Below are positions 29,944-40,305 of a stretch of DNA of 64,000 bases, piece by piece. A program made the position numbers and the translations under genes. The stretch is from Spirochaetia bacterium (lineage in GTDB: Bacteria > Spirochaetota > Spirochaetia > UBA9216). The stretch is from NCBI GenBank assembly GCA_965140585.1, contig OZ223264.1, positions 832,001 through 896,000 of the forward strand, read 5' to 3'. Under the pieces are notes generated by a model. It had not been told where the DNA came from. It searched no databases and was given only the letters and a program-made list of their open reading frames with translations. The number at the start of each line of letters is the position of its first letter. The stretch's first letter is position 1.

Positions 29944-30492
29944 TCAGCCTGCGGCAGTATCTACCGCCTGATTGAGTATTGTAGGTACAGCCTGAGCATT
30001 AAGCGCACGGGCAGCCATCTCTGAATCATATCTTAAGAGGCCGTTTGAGTCGTCTTTCAGTCTTTTTAGTTTTACCAGAATCTGATTCGCTGTGTCTTCT
30101 TCTTCCACTTGTTCGTTTACATACCACATCAGGAAATTCTCGGTTGCATAATCTTCTATCTTCCTGGAAAGTGTAACCAGTTTATTGATCCGATCGCTTA
30201 TGTATTCTTCATGTTTGACAACTGCATCGAATGCTTCTGCATATGAGTTCCATGTTGTATCCGGTGCTTCGATTGCCTTTATTTCACCTCGTCCGCCCCG
30301 TTCGTCAAGGAAATTGTAGAATTTCATTGCGTGCATTGTTTCTTCCAGGTACTGACATCTCATCCAGTTGGAAAAACCCGGAAGGTCTTCGCTGTCAAAC
30401 CATGTTGCCATGGAAAGGTAAAGGTTTGCTGAGAACATCTCCGCATTTATCTGATCATTGATAGCATCCTGCATTTCTTTTTTGATACTCAT
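29944..30492 (-). CDS. ftnA: Non-heme ferritin
   Basis: INDQINAEMFSANLYLSM, EETMHAMK, HE, EQVEEE ferroxidase residues. Confidence 0.93.
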   Translation of the reverse strand: MSIKKEMQDAINDQINAEMFSANLYLSMATWFDSEDLPGFSNWMRCQYLEETMHAMKFYNFLDERGGRGEIKAIEAPDTTWNSYAEAFDAVVKHEEYISDRINKLVTLSRKIEDYATENFLMWYVNEQVEEEDTANQILVKLKRLKDDSNGLLRYDSEMAARALNAQAVPTILNQAVDTAAG

Positions 30493-30588
30493 TGAATTCT
30501 CCTTGATTAATTAAAACTTATATTAATAGTAATAATAGAGGTGACATCTTGCAACTGAAAAAGTAAATGTATTAACTTTTTACGTTTG

Positions 30589-31200
30589 TTACTCTTTGCC
30601 CGCCTTTATTGCGGCTTCGGCATCCTCAAGGTTTTCATAACCATACATGTTAACGGTATTGAGAAGAAGCTTTGCGGCAAGGTTTTCATTTCTCTTTTCA
30701 TGATCACGGAGCCATTTAAGAATCAGATAAAGTGTTCTCTCAGAGTAGGTTGAAAGCTCACCTTTCAGATATGTCTGCTTTGATGTTACATATTCTGTGT
30801 CCTGGCTTCCTCTTCCCCTTGATGTTATGGCAGGATATTCAGCTTCAAGCTCAGTATCCCATTGCAGGTAAATTGCTGCAATTTCTTCAACTGCCTGTTT
30901 TGCCGGATCAGAAACTTCAGGAAGACTGCCCTTTATCTGTTCATATTCCGTCGGGAAGGTATATTCCATCATTCTGGCGTATTTCTCGGTCATCAGGTTT
31001 CTTTTGGCAGCCTCTGCTCTTCTGAGATCTTCAAGCCAGCTCTGCAGAATCTCATCATTATAGATCTCAAACTGGCTGATCCTCATTATTTCAAAGGTTT
31101 TTCTGTCGTCCTGGCAGGTTGCTTTTCCTCCCTGGTTATTCACAGCTGTAAACATCTCAAACTCAATATCGATTATTTTCTCTATTAATGCAGCATTCAT
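30589..31200 (-). CDS. DUF4125 family protein
   Basis: EFEMFTAVNNQGGKATCQDD..FEIMR.SQF, NLMTEKYARMM, TYLKGELSTYS. Confidence 0.85.
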   Translation of the reverse strand: MNAALIEKIIDIEFEMFTAVNNQGGKATCQDDRKTFEIMRISQFEIYNDEILQSWLEDLRRAEAAKRNLMTEKYARMMEYTFPTEYEQIKGSLPEVSDPAKQAVEEIAAIYLQWDTELEAEYPAITSRGRGSQDTEYVTSKQTYLKGELSTYSERTLYLILKWLRDHEKRNENLAAKLLLNTVNMYGYENLEDAEAAIKAGKE

Positions 31201-31210
31201 ATAAGTTCCT

Positions 31211-32116
31211 CTAAGGTTCGATTTTTAATATAGCAAGCTCTTTGCTGCTTATTCTATCATGGATATCTGCCAGATGATCAATCAGGAAGTCGCTACCGCC
31301 GTCTGAAAGACCCTGATTTTTAATCTCCTCAATAAGTCTGCTGCTTATTGTTTCGATGATGTCGATAACTTCTTTCTTTTCAAAAAGCTTTATGAACAGC
31401 GGTGAAAGCTGTTTTCCGGCTTCGCCGGTGTCAATGAGTCCCCGGTGGAGCCATTTATAGTACGGCGGATATCTGCGGCCAAGGTGGTAGAGCATTTTCA
31501 TGGCAGATTCGCCGAAGCGTGAGAGTGCAAGATTCTGCGCCGGTGTATCACCTCTCCTGAAGGCTCTCAGATAATTGTACTGGCCGGACTGTCCGGCTTT
31601 GAATGCATATTGGGCAATGTGCTTGACTCTCACATCCTCAGGCATGGCTGAAAGATATTCCCGGGCTGCAGAGAATACCCCGGGAGAATCAGAAAATACT
31701 TCACCGTTGGTGGACGCTGCAAGCATGAAATCGGGAATTCCCCACCAATCAAGCACCGTTTTAGGGAGTCTTTTCATGCCTGTGAACTGCTTAAAGAAAG
31801 TGCTGATTTCAAATACGCCGGTGCGGGCAGGTGCGCCTGAAAGGCGTGTTTTAAAGCCCTTCCATGTCTGCGGAAGATTTCCATATGCTTCTCTCAGTTC
31901 TGTATTTAGGTTATCATCCGCGGCAGACTCAATCCAGATACAGAAACCCGGCCCCCAGTCATGATCCCTTGATATCTCATCGTCATAACCGAAACAGTCC
32001 GAGCCTTCTCCGACCATACCGAAAGCTGCTTTCTCTTCAATATTTGGAAACTGATTTTTTAAGGCAGGCAGCCCCGCTTCGAGAAAGAATTGCTTGGAGA
32101 TTTTTAAACCTGACAT
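31211..32116 (-). CDS. DUF4037 family protein (nucleotidyltransferase-like N-terminus)
   Basis: GEGSDCFGYDDEISRDHDWGPGFC, TNGEVF.D, QSGQYNY.R, PYYKW. Confidence 0.85.
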   Translation of the reverse strand: MSGLKISKQFFLEAGLPALKNQFPNIEEKAAFGMVGEGSDCFGYDDEISRDHDWGPGFCIWIESAADDNLNTELREAYGNLPQTWKGFKTRLSGAPARTGVFEISTFFKQFTGMKRLPKTVLDWWGIPDFMLAASTNGEVFSDSPGVFSAAREYLSAMPEDVRVKHIAQYAFKAGQSGQYNYLRAFRRGDTPAQNLALSRFGESAMKMLYHLGRRYPPYYKWLHRGLIDTGEAGKQLSPLFIKLFEKKEVIDIIETISSRLIEEIKNQGLSDGGSDFLIDHLADIHDRISSKELAILKIEP

Positions 32117-32219
32117 CTGTAACAAAATATATTTATTTATTATACACCCGGCAACATTAAAGTGAATATTTTGTGTTGAATATGGTAGTATTTATAGTAT
32201 CAAATATGGAGTAAAAACA

Positions 32220-33131
32220 GTGGTTGAGGTAAAACAGGTATCAAAAAGTTACGGCAGTCTGAAAGCTGTTGATGAGCTTTCATTTTCAATTCAACCGGGG
32301 CAGATTTATGGTTTACTTGGTCCCAACGGAGCAGGAAAATCAACAACGATCAGGATGATAATGAATATTATCAGCCCTGATTCGGGTGAGATTCTTTTCG
32401 ATGGAACCCCCATCAATGAAGGGGACAAGGATCGTATCGGTTATCTTCCTGAAGAGCGGGGGCTGTATAAAAAGGTTGTTGTTGAGGACCTTCTTCTATA
32501 TCTGGCAGAGCTGAAAGGTGCCAGTTTATCTAAGGCCAAAAGCGATATGGTTCCGCTTCTAAAAAGATTCGATCTGCTTGATTGGAAAAATAAGAAGACG
32601 GATGAGCTGTCAAAGGGAATGGCTCAGAAAATTCAGTTTATTTCCACCATCCTTCATGACCCGCAGATTATTGTACTTGATGAACCCTTTTCAGGTCTTG
32701 ATCCCGTAAGTGCCGATCAGCTAAGTGCTCTTATTGCAGAGCTGAGGGACAGGGGCAAAACTATAATTTTCAGTACCCACGTTATGAGTCATGCCGAACA
32801 GATATGCAACCGAATCTGCATTATGAAAAAAGGAAAAGTTAAAACATCGGGTTCACTGTCTGAGGTTAAAAAACAGTTCGGGCGGAATACAGTAAGAATA
32901 GATTTTGAAGGCAGTGCAGCCTTTGTGAAAGAGCTGCCCTTTGTCAAGGATATAAACCTCTGGCCAGGCTCATGCGAGGTTGAGCTGATTGAAGATGATA
33001 ATGCCTCGGATAAACTTTTCAGTGCTGTAGCCGGAAAGCTTAAGGTTGCGAGGTTCAAACTTCAGGCCCCAAGCCTGCATAAGATATTTGTTGATCTTGC
33101 AGGAGACGGAGATGAATATGAAAAACAGTAA
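32220..33131 (+). CDS. ABC-2 exporter ATP-binding subunit (NatA-like)
   Basis: GPNGAGKS, GYLPEERGLY, LSKGMAQK, LDEPFSGLDP. Confidence 0.93.
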   Translation: MVEVKQVSKSYGSLKAVDELSFSIQPGQIYGLLGPNGAGKSTTIRMIMNIISPDSGEILFDGTPINEGDKDRIGYLPEERGLYKKVVVEDLLLYLAELKGASLSKAKSDMVPLLKRFDLLDWKNKKTDELSKGMAQKIQFISTILHDPQIIVLDEPFSGLDPVSADQLSALIAELRDRGKTIIFSTHVMSHAEQICNRICIMKKGKVKTSGSLSEVKKQFGRNTVRIDFEGSAAFVKELPFVKDINLWPGSCEVELIEDDNASDKLFSAVAGKLKVARFKLQAPSLHKIFVDLAGDGDEYEKQ

Positions 33132-34350
33132 ATTATTAACAATGATTAAATTCAATTACCGGCGTACCGCAATGAAGAAGAGCTTTATTGTCATTACAAT
33201 TATAGGGCCGGTTCTGATACTTGCAATGACGGTTCTTCCAAGCATTCTGACCGAGAAGAGCCTTGACAGTTTCAGCGGTGCAGAAGTTGAAATCTACGGG
33301 GGAAATCCGGTTGTGGTTGAAGCAATAATGGCCTCAAGTTCCGAGATTCTGACCCTGTCAAAAACAGAGGATCTTGAATCATCCAGGCAGAGAGCAGCAG
33401 AGAACGGGATTGACGGACTGCTTATTCTGCCTGAGGACCCGCTTAATTCAAATGAGCTTGTATTCTATACATCAAATGCCAGTGATATCATGCTTACCGA
33501 GACTGTGCGGAATGTTGTTGGACAGATTGTCACCTCAATGCGGATAAGCGGAGAAGGGCTTGATCCGGTAAAAGTTGCCTCACTTACAGCAAAACCGCGG
33601 CTTGATGTTATTCAGCTTAAAAAGGGCGGAGAGGAAAAAGAAGCTCAGGATTTTACATCTTTTATATACTCCGCAATTGCATTTATCATGCTTCTGTATA
33701 TGACAACCCTTCTTTACAGCCAGATGATCGGCCGTGAAGTAGTAGGAGAGAAAACCAGCAAAACAGTAGAGGTTATGCTTTCTTCAGTTAAACCTGTCAC
33801 ACTGATGCTTGGAAAGATTCTGGGACTCGGTCTTGCGGGGATTTCACAGTATGTGGTTTGGATAGCTGCGTCGCTCCTGCTTATTAAGGTTGTGGGTCCG
33901 GTTTTTAACTTATCTATGCCTTCGGTCTTTTCAGTTGATATGCTTGGCTACCTTGTTCTGTTCTTTCTGCTTGCCTTCTTTCTCTACTCATGTCTCTATG
34001 CCGCAACCGGAGCGCTGGCGGAGGATGAGCAGAGTATGGGCCAGCTGCAGATGCCTATGCTTATTCCGCTTATTCTTCCGATGGTTATGATTTCATACTT
34101 CGTAATGAATCCCGATTCCGGTATTTCACTGTTTTTCTCTCTCTTTCCGCTGACATCTCCAATGGTTATGTTTGTAAGACTGATGGTAGGGCAGCCTCCG
34201 GTCTGGCAGGTTCTGCTGTGTGTAGTGATTCTGATAGTTTCTATTGCAGGTGTTGCAATAGCTTCAGGAAAGATTTTCAGGCAGGCCATACTGATGACCG
34301 GAAAAGCAAAATCGCTGAAAGACGGTTTTAAGATGGTGATTGCAAAGTAG
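33112..34350 (+). CDS. ABC-2 exporter permease (NatB-like)
   Basis: EKTSKTVEVMLSSV..GKILG motif; N-terminal TM plus C-terminal TM bundle; start moved to ATG after AGGAG. Confidence 0.9.
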   Translation: MNMKNSKLLTMIKFNYRRTAMKKSFIVITIIGPVLILAMTVLPSILTEKSLDSFSGAEVEIYGGNPVVVEAIMASSSEILTLSKTEDLESSRQRAAENGIDGLLILPEDPLNSNELVFYTSNASDIMLTETVRNVVGQIVTSMRISGEGLDPVKVASLTAKPRLDVIQLKKGGEEKEAQDFTSFIYSAIAFIMLLYMTTLLYSQMIGREVVGEKTSKTVEVMLSSVKPVTLMLGKILGLGLAGISQYVVWIAASLLLIKVVGPVFNLSMPSVFSVDMLGYLVLFFLLAFFLYSCLYAATGALAEDEQSMGQLQMPMLIPLILPMVMISYFVMNPDSGISLFFSLFPLTSPMVMFVRLMVGQPPVWQVLLCVVILIVSIAGVAIASGKIFRQAILMTGKAKSLKDGFKMVIAK

Positions 34351-34372
34351 TTAACTTAAAATCCAAATTAAG

Positions 34373-34400
34373 GGAGGCTGAAATATTCAGCCTCCTTTTT
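34373..34400 (+). terminator. Rho-independent terminator
   Basis: GGAGGCTGAA-ata-TTCAGCCTCC followed by TTTTT. Confidence 0.85.
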
Positions 34401-34658
34401 ATTTAATTAAAGTAATTTATCAGTGTATTAAAAAATAGATTTGCAACTGCTGAGAGTTGTCATACAATATCTATATTTTTTGCTGTACGCCTGCCTGGAC
34501 ATGCTATTTTGATTTTAACCGCTAATATATGAAAAACATATTTCGAAAATGAGTCAATAATGGTGAAATAAGATGGGTTTTAGTCTAAATAATGATAAAA
34601 AAACCTTAAAAAATGAAATGGCTATTGCGAAATTAGAAAACTCGTGTTTTAATATTAA

Positions 34659-35614
34659 TAAATAGGAATGGCCATTTCGAAATACTAAGGAGTGAATATC
34701 GTGACAAAGAAAAAGCCAGAAGGCATTTTTATCCCAATGGTGACTCCATTCAATGCATCTGATGAATCAATAGATTTTTCAGGTCTGAAGGAAGTGACTG
34801 AGTTTCTTGTAAAAAACGGAGTCGACGGGGTAATCCCCTCCGGAAGTACCGGCGAGTTTGTCGCAATGACAAAAGAAGAGCAGATGAAGGTCAATGCAGC
34901 GGTATGTGAATATGCAGCCGGAAGGATGAAGGTGTTCTGTTCAACAGGCGCTTACCGGACTGCTGATACAATTGAAATGTCACAGAGTGCAGAAGCTGCC
35001 GGAGCGGATGGAGTAATGATAGTAACACCATGGTACATGGCGCCTAACGAGGAAGAGCTTTATGACCACTACAAAGCGATCAGGAAATCGATATCGATAC
35101 CGGTAATGGTCTATCATAATCCGTACTATTCAACCTGTCTGATGACAGACGAGTTTATGGCCCGACTTTATAACGACGGATTGATTGATGCAGTGAAGGA
35201 AAGACAGGCTGATGTCTACAGACAGCAGGATCTGAGAGCCTTGACCGATGACGGCTTCGGCATATTTTACGGATATGACATCTGTCCGGTAGAGAGTGTT
35301 TCGATGTGGGCCGACGGCTGGGTATGCGGAACAGGAAACCTGTTTCCGAAAGAAAACAAGACTGTCTATGATCTTGCAAAGTCAAGGCAGATAGAAGAAG
35401 CCCAGAAATATCATTTTGAGAAAATTAGGCCGTATCTTCCCCTGTTTACTGAAAGTACATCAAAGGGACTGCCTTGTCCGTGGTTATCAGTGATAAAGGA
35501 AGGCCTTAAGCTTAGGGGCGTTAATGCGGGAGTTGCAAGGAAACCTGTAATGGAGCTTCCGGATGACGTGATGGTTAAACTGAAAAAAGTTTTAAAGGAA
35601 TACGGGCATCTTTA
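34659..35614 (+). repeat. 956-bp direct repeat, copy 1
   Basis: Appears identical to 41078-42033; main and shadow ORF translations are identical. Confidence 0.95.
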
Positions 35615-35615
35615 G
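34692..35615 (+). CDS. DapA/NAL-family class I aldolase/lyase, copy 1 (true start probably GTG 34701)
   Basis: VTPF, GSTGE, YHNP, Schiff-base Lys in AVKE. Confidence 0.9.
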   Translation: MNIVTKKKPEGIFIPMVTPFNASDESIDFSGLKEVTEFLVKNGVDGVIPSGSTGEFVAMTKEEQMKVNAAVCEYAAGRMKVFCSTGAYRTADTIEMSQSAEAAGADGVMIVTPWYMAPNEEELYDHYKAIRKSISIPVMVYHNPYYSTCLMTDEFMARLYNDGLIDAVKERQADVYRQQDLRALTDDGFGIFYGYDICPVESVSMWADGWVCGTGNLFPKENKTVYDLAKSRQIEEAQKYHFEKIRPYLPLFTESTSKGLPCPWLSVIKEGLKLRGVNAGVARKPVMELPDDVMVKLKKVLKEYGHL

Positions 35616-35638
35616 AAGCAAATTAATATAAGGGGTGT

Positions 35639-36985
35639 ATGATGAAACTGAAAAAGGTAGATGTTTTGGTCGCAGGTGGAGGTACTGCTGGTGCTATCGC
35701 CGGTATAGCCGCTGCCAGAAATGGGGCGAATACCTTGATTGTAGACAGGCAAAGATGTCTGGGTGGACAGTTTACTGCAGGAATGCAGGGCGCCTGGGTA
35801 GGATTTAGTGATAAAGAAAAGCTGATTGTCAAAGGAATTGCGTGGGAAATAAGAAATATTCTCAAGGACAAAAACGCAATAGTTGAAGATGATCCTGACA
35901 CCGATGTCTGTTTTCTGTATGACACAGAGGTTGCTAAAGTAGTTCTGGATGAGATGGCTTACAGAGAACCGAATCTAAGCACTTATCTTAATGCTTCTAT
36001 TCTGGATGTTGTTATGGATGGTGATCGAGTAGCCGGCCTGATTGTTCTTTCAGAAATGGAACAGATGGAAATCCGGGCAGATGTTGTAATTGACTGCACT
36101 GGAGATGCTGCGGTTTCTGCGGAGGCTGATGTTCCATTTGAAATAAGACCTAAAAAAGATATACAGCCTATGACACTTATTGGGAAAATGGGCGGTGTGG
36201 ATATGGATCGTGTTAAGCAGTATTACCGTGAAAACCCTCCTGTTCACGATGCTTCTGAACCGCCGGCCTGGCATGATTTCAAGACTTTTCCCGGATTCAT
36301 GCATTTCGGACTGAAGGATGAACTTGAAAATGTAGAACTTCCGCCTGAACTTGAATACCTGCGTAACTGGCTTGCCATTTTTACATCTACACCAAATCCT
36401 GATGAGGTAACGATTAACTGTTCCGGAGCTATCGAGGCACATAGTACTGCCGGATTTGAAGACCGGGCAGCCCAGGAATATATTTCACAGAAATGCCTGT
36501 ATGATGTAGCTGAAGCCCTTAGGTTATATGTTCCCGGTTTTGAAAAATCATACATCTCTTCAATCGCGGGATTACTGGGAATCCGGGAAAGCCGGCGAAT
36601 TATAGGTGATTACAAGGTAACCCTAGATGATTTTCTTGCAGCAAAAGAATTCCCTGACAGTATAGGAAGAGGTGCGATGCCGGCTGGAGCGCATACTGCC
36701 GATGGTGTGACAATGAATGTATATGATTTGGCACCGGGGAGTTCGATGACTATTCCCTACAGCTGTATGATCCCAAAAGGAAAAGATGGACTTCTTGTTG
36801 CAGGACGCTGTGTTTCATATGAGGCACCAGTCGCTAACTGCATAAGGTGTATGCCTCAGTGCATGGTTATGGGAGAAGCCGCAGGGACCGCGGCTGCCAT
36901 TGCAGTTAAAAACGGCACCACACCAAGAAATGTTGATATAAAACTGCTGCAGGAAACATTGATAAAGCAGCAGGTGATTATTTGA
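35639..36985 (+). CDS. FAD-dependent oxidoreductase (FAD_oxidored family)
   Basis: GGGTAG, IDCTGDA, GIRESRRIIG.Y, IPYSCMIP, LVAGRC, GEAAG.AA. Confidence 0.9.
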   Translation: MMKLKKVDVLVAGGGTAGAIAGIAAARNGANTLIVDRQRCLGGQFTAGMQGAWVGFSDKEKLIVKGIAWEIRNILKDKNAIVEDDPDTDVCFLYDTEVAKVVLDEMAYREPNLSTYLNASILDVVMDGDRVAGLIVLSEMEQMEIRADVVIDCTGDAAVSAEADVPFEIRPKKDIQPMTLIGKMGGVDMDRVKQYYRENPPVHDASEPPAWHDFKTFPGFMHFGLKDELENVELPPELEYLRNWLAIFTSTPNPDEVTINCSGAIEAHSTAGFEDRAAQEYISQKCLYDVAEALRLYVPGFEKSYISSIAGLLGIRESRRIIGDYKVTLDDFLAAKEFPDSIGRGAMPAGAHTADGVTMNVYDLAPGSSMTIPYSCMIPKGKDGLLVAGRCVSYEAPVANCIRCMPQCMVMGEAAGTAAAIAVKNGTTPRNVDIKLLQETLIKQQVII

Positions 36986-37017
36986 TTGAGGTGTGAATTA
37001 GATTAGGAGGAACTATC

Positions 37018-38355
37018 ATGAAGAATAAAGTGGTTTTTATACTGATTATAGCATTGGTATTAACAACAGTATCGGTATTTGCTGGCGGAAAGCAGGAAAT
37101 TGAGGAAACTGAAAAACTAATAATATGGACAAACCTCACTGCTGAAGCTCAAACTGTAGTTTTAACAAAACAATTTAATGAAATCGCAGAAGAGATGGGT
37201 ATAGATATTGAAATGGTTACAGTCTCTTTCGGTGATATGTATACAAAGCTTGCAACTGCAATGCAGTCCGGTGATGTTCCTGATATCATGCATACCAATG
37301 AAGGCGGCGTTGCATATCTTTATGCCAATGATATGCTGACGCCAATGAATGATGTAATTAAAAATATAGGTAAGGATGATTTTGTTAAATCCTACCTGGA
37401 TATACTTACAGTTGATGGTACCATTTGGGGAGTTCCTGACTGGGCATTACATACCTCTGTCTGGTATAGAAAAGATCTGTTTAAAGAGTATGGTTTAAGC
37501 ATTCCACGTAATTGGGATGAATTGATGAAGACTGCAAAGTCATTGAATATTGATAGTGATTCAGATGGTAATATTGATACCTATGGTTTTGCCGTATCAA
37601 TGTCGGCGGTAAATGTTGCTGCGCAGGTTTATTATGAATTTCTGTATTCAGCAGGTGTTTATACATTTGACCCTGTAACCGGTGAATATATTTTTGGAAA
37701 TAATAAAAAGAAAGCTACAGAGGTTCTTCAGTATATGATCGACCTCTATCATGCTGCTTCACCACCTTCGAGTATTGAATGGGCATGGAGTGAATTCAGA
37801 AATGCGCTTGTAGAGGGTAATGTTGCAATGACTCAGGATATGGGTGCGGTAATTCTCATGGCGCAGAATAATAATCCTGAATTGGTAGGTAATTTAGGAT
37901 GTTTTGATTTACCAGGTATTAATGGTGATAAAAAAGCATCCTTTGGAGGTTCATATAATTTTGTTGCCGGAAACCAGGGCGGCGAGGATAAAGCTGAACT
38001 TTCTCAAAAATTTATTGAAAAACTCTATACACCTGAACGTGCTGCGGAAAGGGCCCTTTCCCGACCAATGTTTGCATTTCCTTCAATGTATTCTGCTTTC
38101 GATCTGTATAAAAAAGCTGATTCTGTTTCATTGTATCAGGATGAAGTTGATGTAATTTATGATGCATTCCAGAATTCCACATGGTACAGGTACGGCATGG
38201 AAGCCGGGTTGAATCAGATGGCATCCCAGATTGAGTCTACTACATTTTTTGGAGAAGCTATTCAAAGTGCAGCTCTTGGACAATGGACTGCTGAAAAAGC
38301 GGTTGATTATATTGATCAGATGCTTCAGGAGCAGCTTGCAGTTATTGGTTATTAA
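37018..38355 (+). CDS. Carbohydrate ABC transporter substrate-binding protein
   Basis: Signal FAGGKQE; SGDVPDI, YRKDLF, PRNWDEL. Confidence 0.9.
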   Translation: MKNKVVFILIIALVLTTVSVFAGGKQEIEETEKLIIWTNLTAEAQTVVLTKQFNEIAEEMGIDIEMVTVSFGDMYTKLATAMQSGDVPDIMHTNEGGVAYLYANDMLTPMNDVIKNIGKDDFVKSYLDILTVDGTIWGVPDWALHTSVWYRKDLFKEYGLSIPRNWDELMKTAKSLNIDSDSDGNIDTYGFAVSMSAVNVAAQVYYEFLYSAGVYTFDPVTGEYIFGNNKKKATEVLQYMIDLYHAASPPSSIEWAWSEFRNALVEGNVAMTQDMGAVILMAQNNNPELVGNLGCFDLPGINGDKKASFGGSYNFVAGNQGGEDKAELSQKFIEKLYTPERAAERALSRPMFAFPSMYSAFDLYKKADSVSLYQDEVDVIYDAFQNSTWYRYGMEAGLNQMASQIESTTFFGEAIQSAALGQWTAEKAVDYIDQMLQEQLAVIGY

Positions 38356-38409
38356 GTCCGTACCGGGCTGATTTAACCATCAGCTGAAGTGATTCTGTAT
38401 ATGCATGGC

Positions 38410-38457
38410 GGCATTATCGGGTTCATTTGCACATGTTGGATGAATCCGGATAATGCT
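38410..38457 (+). promoter_or_regulatory. Intercistronic stem-loop after the SBP gene
   Basis: GCATTATC.GG.TTCAT / ATGAA.CC.GATAATGC imperfect inverted repeat, no U tract. Confidence 0.5.
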
Positions 38458-38492
38458 GTTGTAGTCATAACAGGTTTTGAAGGGAGAGCGAT

Positions 38493-39431
38493 ATGGCAAC
38501 AGGTGAGATGTCTTATTTAATAAAGTCATCAAAACAGAAAATTTCAATTAGAATGAATTTCTATAAAAGAAGACAGTTACTTGGGATTTTATTTATTCTG
38601 CCCACAATCTTATTTTTGGCTGTATTTATTTTATATCCGGTGCTGAGTAATTTAGCCCTCAGTTTTACCGATGCATACCTGATTAAAAAAAACTATAATT
38701 TTATTGGATTAAAAAATTACATAAGTCTTATTACAAACCCCATGTTCCTGAAATATTCATGGAATACATTGTTATGGACTTTCTTCTCGGTTGTCGGTCA
38801 ACTGGTACTTGGTCTTGGACTTGCTCTTCTGATTAATCAGAAGCTAAGCGGCGGTCCATTTATAAGAGGATTTCTTTTAATTCCTTATGTAGTTCCGGCT
38901 GTAGCTCTTGCCCTGATAACAAAATGGATTTTCAATGGAGATTACGGAATTGCGAGTAAATGGCTGCAGAGTCTGGGGGTTATTGACTATAAACAGTCTC
39001 CGCTTGCTCTTCCTGGCGGAGCAATGGCTGTAATTGTGATTGTGAATATTTGGCGGTCATATCCTTTTCCAATGCTTATATACTGGGCTGCTTTAAAAGG
39101 GATAGATAAAGAGCTTTATGAAGCCGCAGATGTAGACGGCGCAAACAGATTTCAATCATTCTGGTATATTACGCTCCCTCAACTTAAGAATACGACAATA
39201 GTGCTTGCTATTCTCCGTATAGTCTGGACGGCAACGTATTTTGATTTAATATGGATGGTTACGGGCGGAGGTCCTGCAGGAACAACAACCCATCTTCCGA
39301 TTATGATTTATCAATCCTCATTCGGAACTTTCAGGATCGGCTATGCCTCTGCTATATCCATGATGCTCGGCATTGTGCTGTTTGTCTGTATCATCTACTA
39401 CGTAAGAAAATCCGGAGATTTTGCGGATTGA
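38493..39431 (+). CDS. Carbohydrate ABC permease (MalF-like)
   Basis: FIGLKNY, ELYEAADVDGA EAA loop, TGGGP. Confidence 0.93.
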   Translation: MATGEMSYLIKSSKQKISIRMNFYKRRQLLGILFILPTILFLAVFILYPVLSNLALSFTDAYLIKKNYNFIGLKNYISLITNPMFLKYSWNTLLWTFFSVVGQLVLGLGLALLINQKLSGGPFIRGFLLIPYVVPAVALALITKWIFNGDYGIASKWLQSLGVIDYKQSPLALPGGAMAVIVIVNIWRSYPFPMLIYWAALKGIDKELYEAADVDGANRFQSFWYITLPQLKNTTIVLAILRIVWTATYFDLIWMVTGGGPAGTTTHLPIMIYQSSFGTFRIGYASAISMMLGIVLFVCIIYYVRKSGDFAD

Positions 39432-39441
39432 GGAAAATAAA

Positions 39442-40293
39442 ATGAATTCTACAATTAAATTAGAGAATCAGAATCTGCTGCGCAAGTGTATCCTGGGTGC
39501 TGTATCGGCATTCTTTATATGTGTGGTAGGATTCCCCTTATTATGGATGGTTTTAAGTTCATTAAAGCCGGCCACAGAGCTGTTTAAATCTCCTCCTACA
39601 ATCTTTCCGGAAACGATCACTTTTGAATGGTACCGAAGTGCATTCAGTGATAAAACCGTAGTGAGATATTTTGTAAACAGTTTTATTGTTGCAACCGGTA
39701 CAACAGCAATAGTGATTATAATGGCAACATTCGGAGCTTATGGATTAACCAGGTTTCGATTTTTCGGCAGAAAGGCAATAACTGTAGCTGTGCTTTCCGC
39801 TTATTGTATTCCTCCTATAATGCTGATGATTCCATTATACCGGATTATTGCAAAGATGCATCTGAATGCATCACTGTTTGGTGTTATTATTGGTCACTCA
39901 ACTGTTACATTTCCATTTGCTGTCTGGCTTCTTATTTCCTTTTTCAGGAGTATTCCGCGGGACATAGAAGAAGCTGCACTTGTGAATGGTGCTTCGGATT
40001 TGACCATTTTTTTTAGAATAATTTTACCTCTATGTGTGCCTGGTATTCTTAGTACCGGGATTCTTGTGTTTATACTCTCATGGAATGAATACCTGCTTGC
40101 AAGCGTATTGATTTCCCAGGATTCCATGAAGACTCTGACTGTAGGAATTGCCAACTATATCAGTTCAACAGAAATAAACTGGGGTGTGATAATGGCTCTA
40201 GGTACTGCAACTACGGTTCCCATTGTTTTAATGTTTACAGCCATTCAGAAATATTTTGTTGAAGGCCTTACTGCAGGGGCTGTAAAAGGGTAA
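39442..40293 (+). CDS. Carbohydrate ABC permease (MalG-like)
   Basis: IPRDIEEAALVNGA, SWNEY, QKYFVEGLTAGAVKG. Confidence 0.93.
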   Translation: MNSTIKLENQNLLRKCILGAVSAFFICVVGFPLLWMVLSSLKPATELFKSPPTIFPETITFEWYRSAFSDKTVVRYFVNSFIVATGTTAIVIIMATFGAYGLTRFRFFGRKAITVAVLSAYCIPPIMLMIPLYRIIAKMHLNASLFGVIIGHSTVTFPFAVWLLISFFRSIPRDIEEAALVNGASDLTIFFRIILPLCVPGILSTGILVFILSWNEYLLASVLISQDSMKTLTVGIANYISSTEINWGVIMALGTATTVPIVLMFTAIQKYFVEGLTAGAVKG

Positions 40294-40305
40294 GCGGGTA
40301 GAGTA

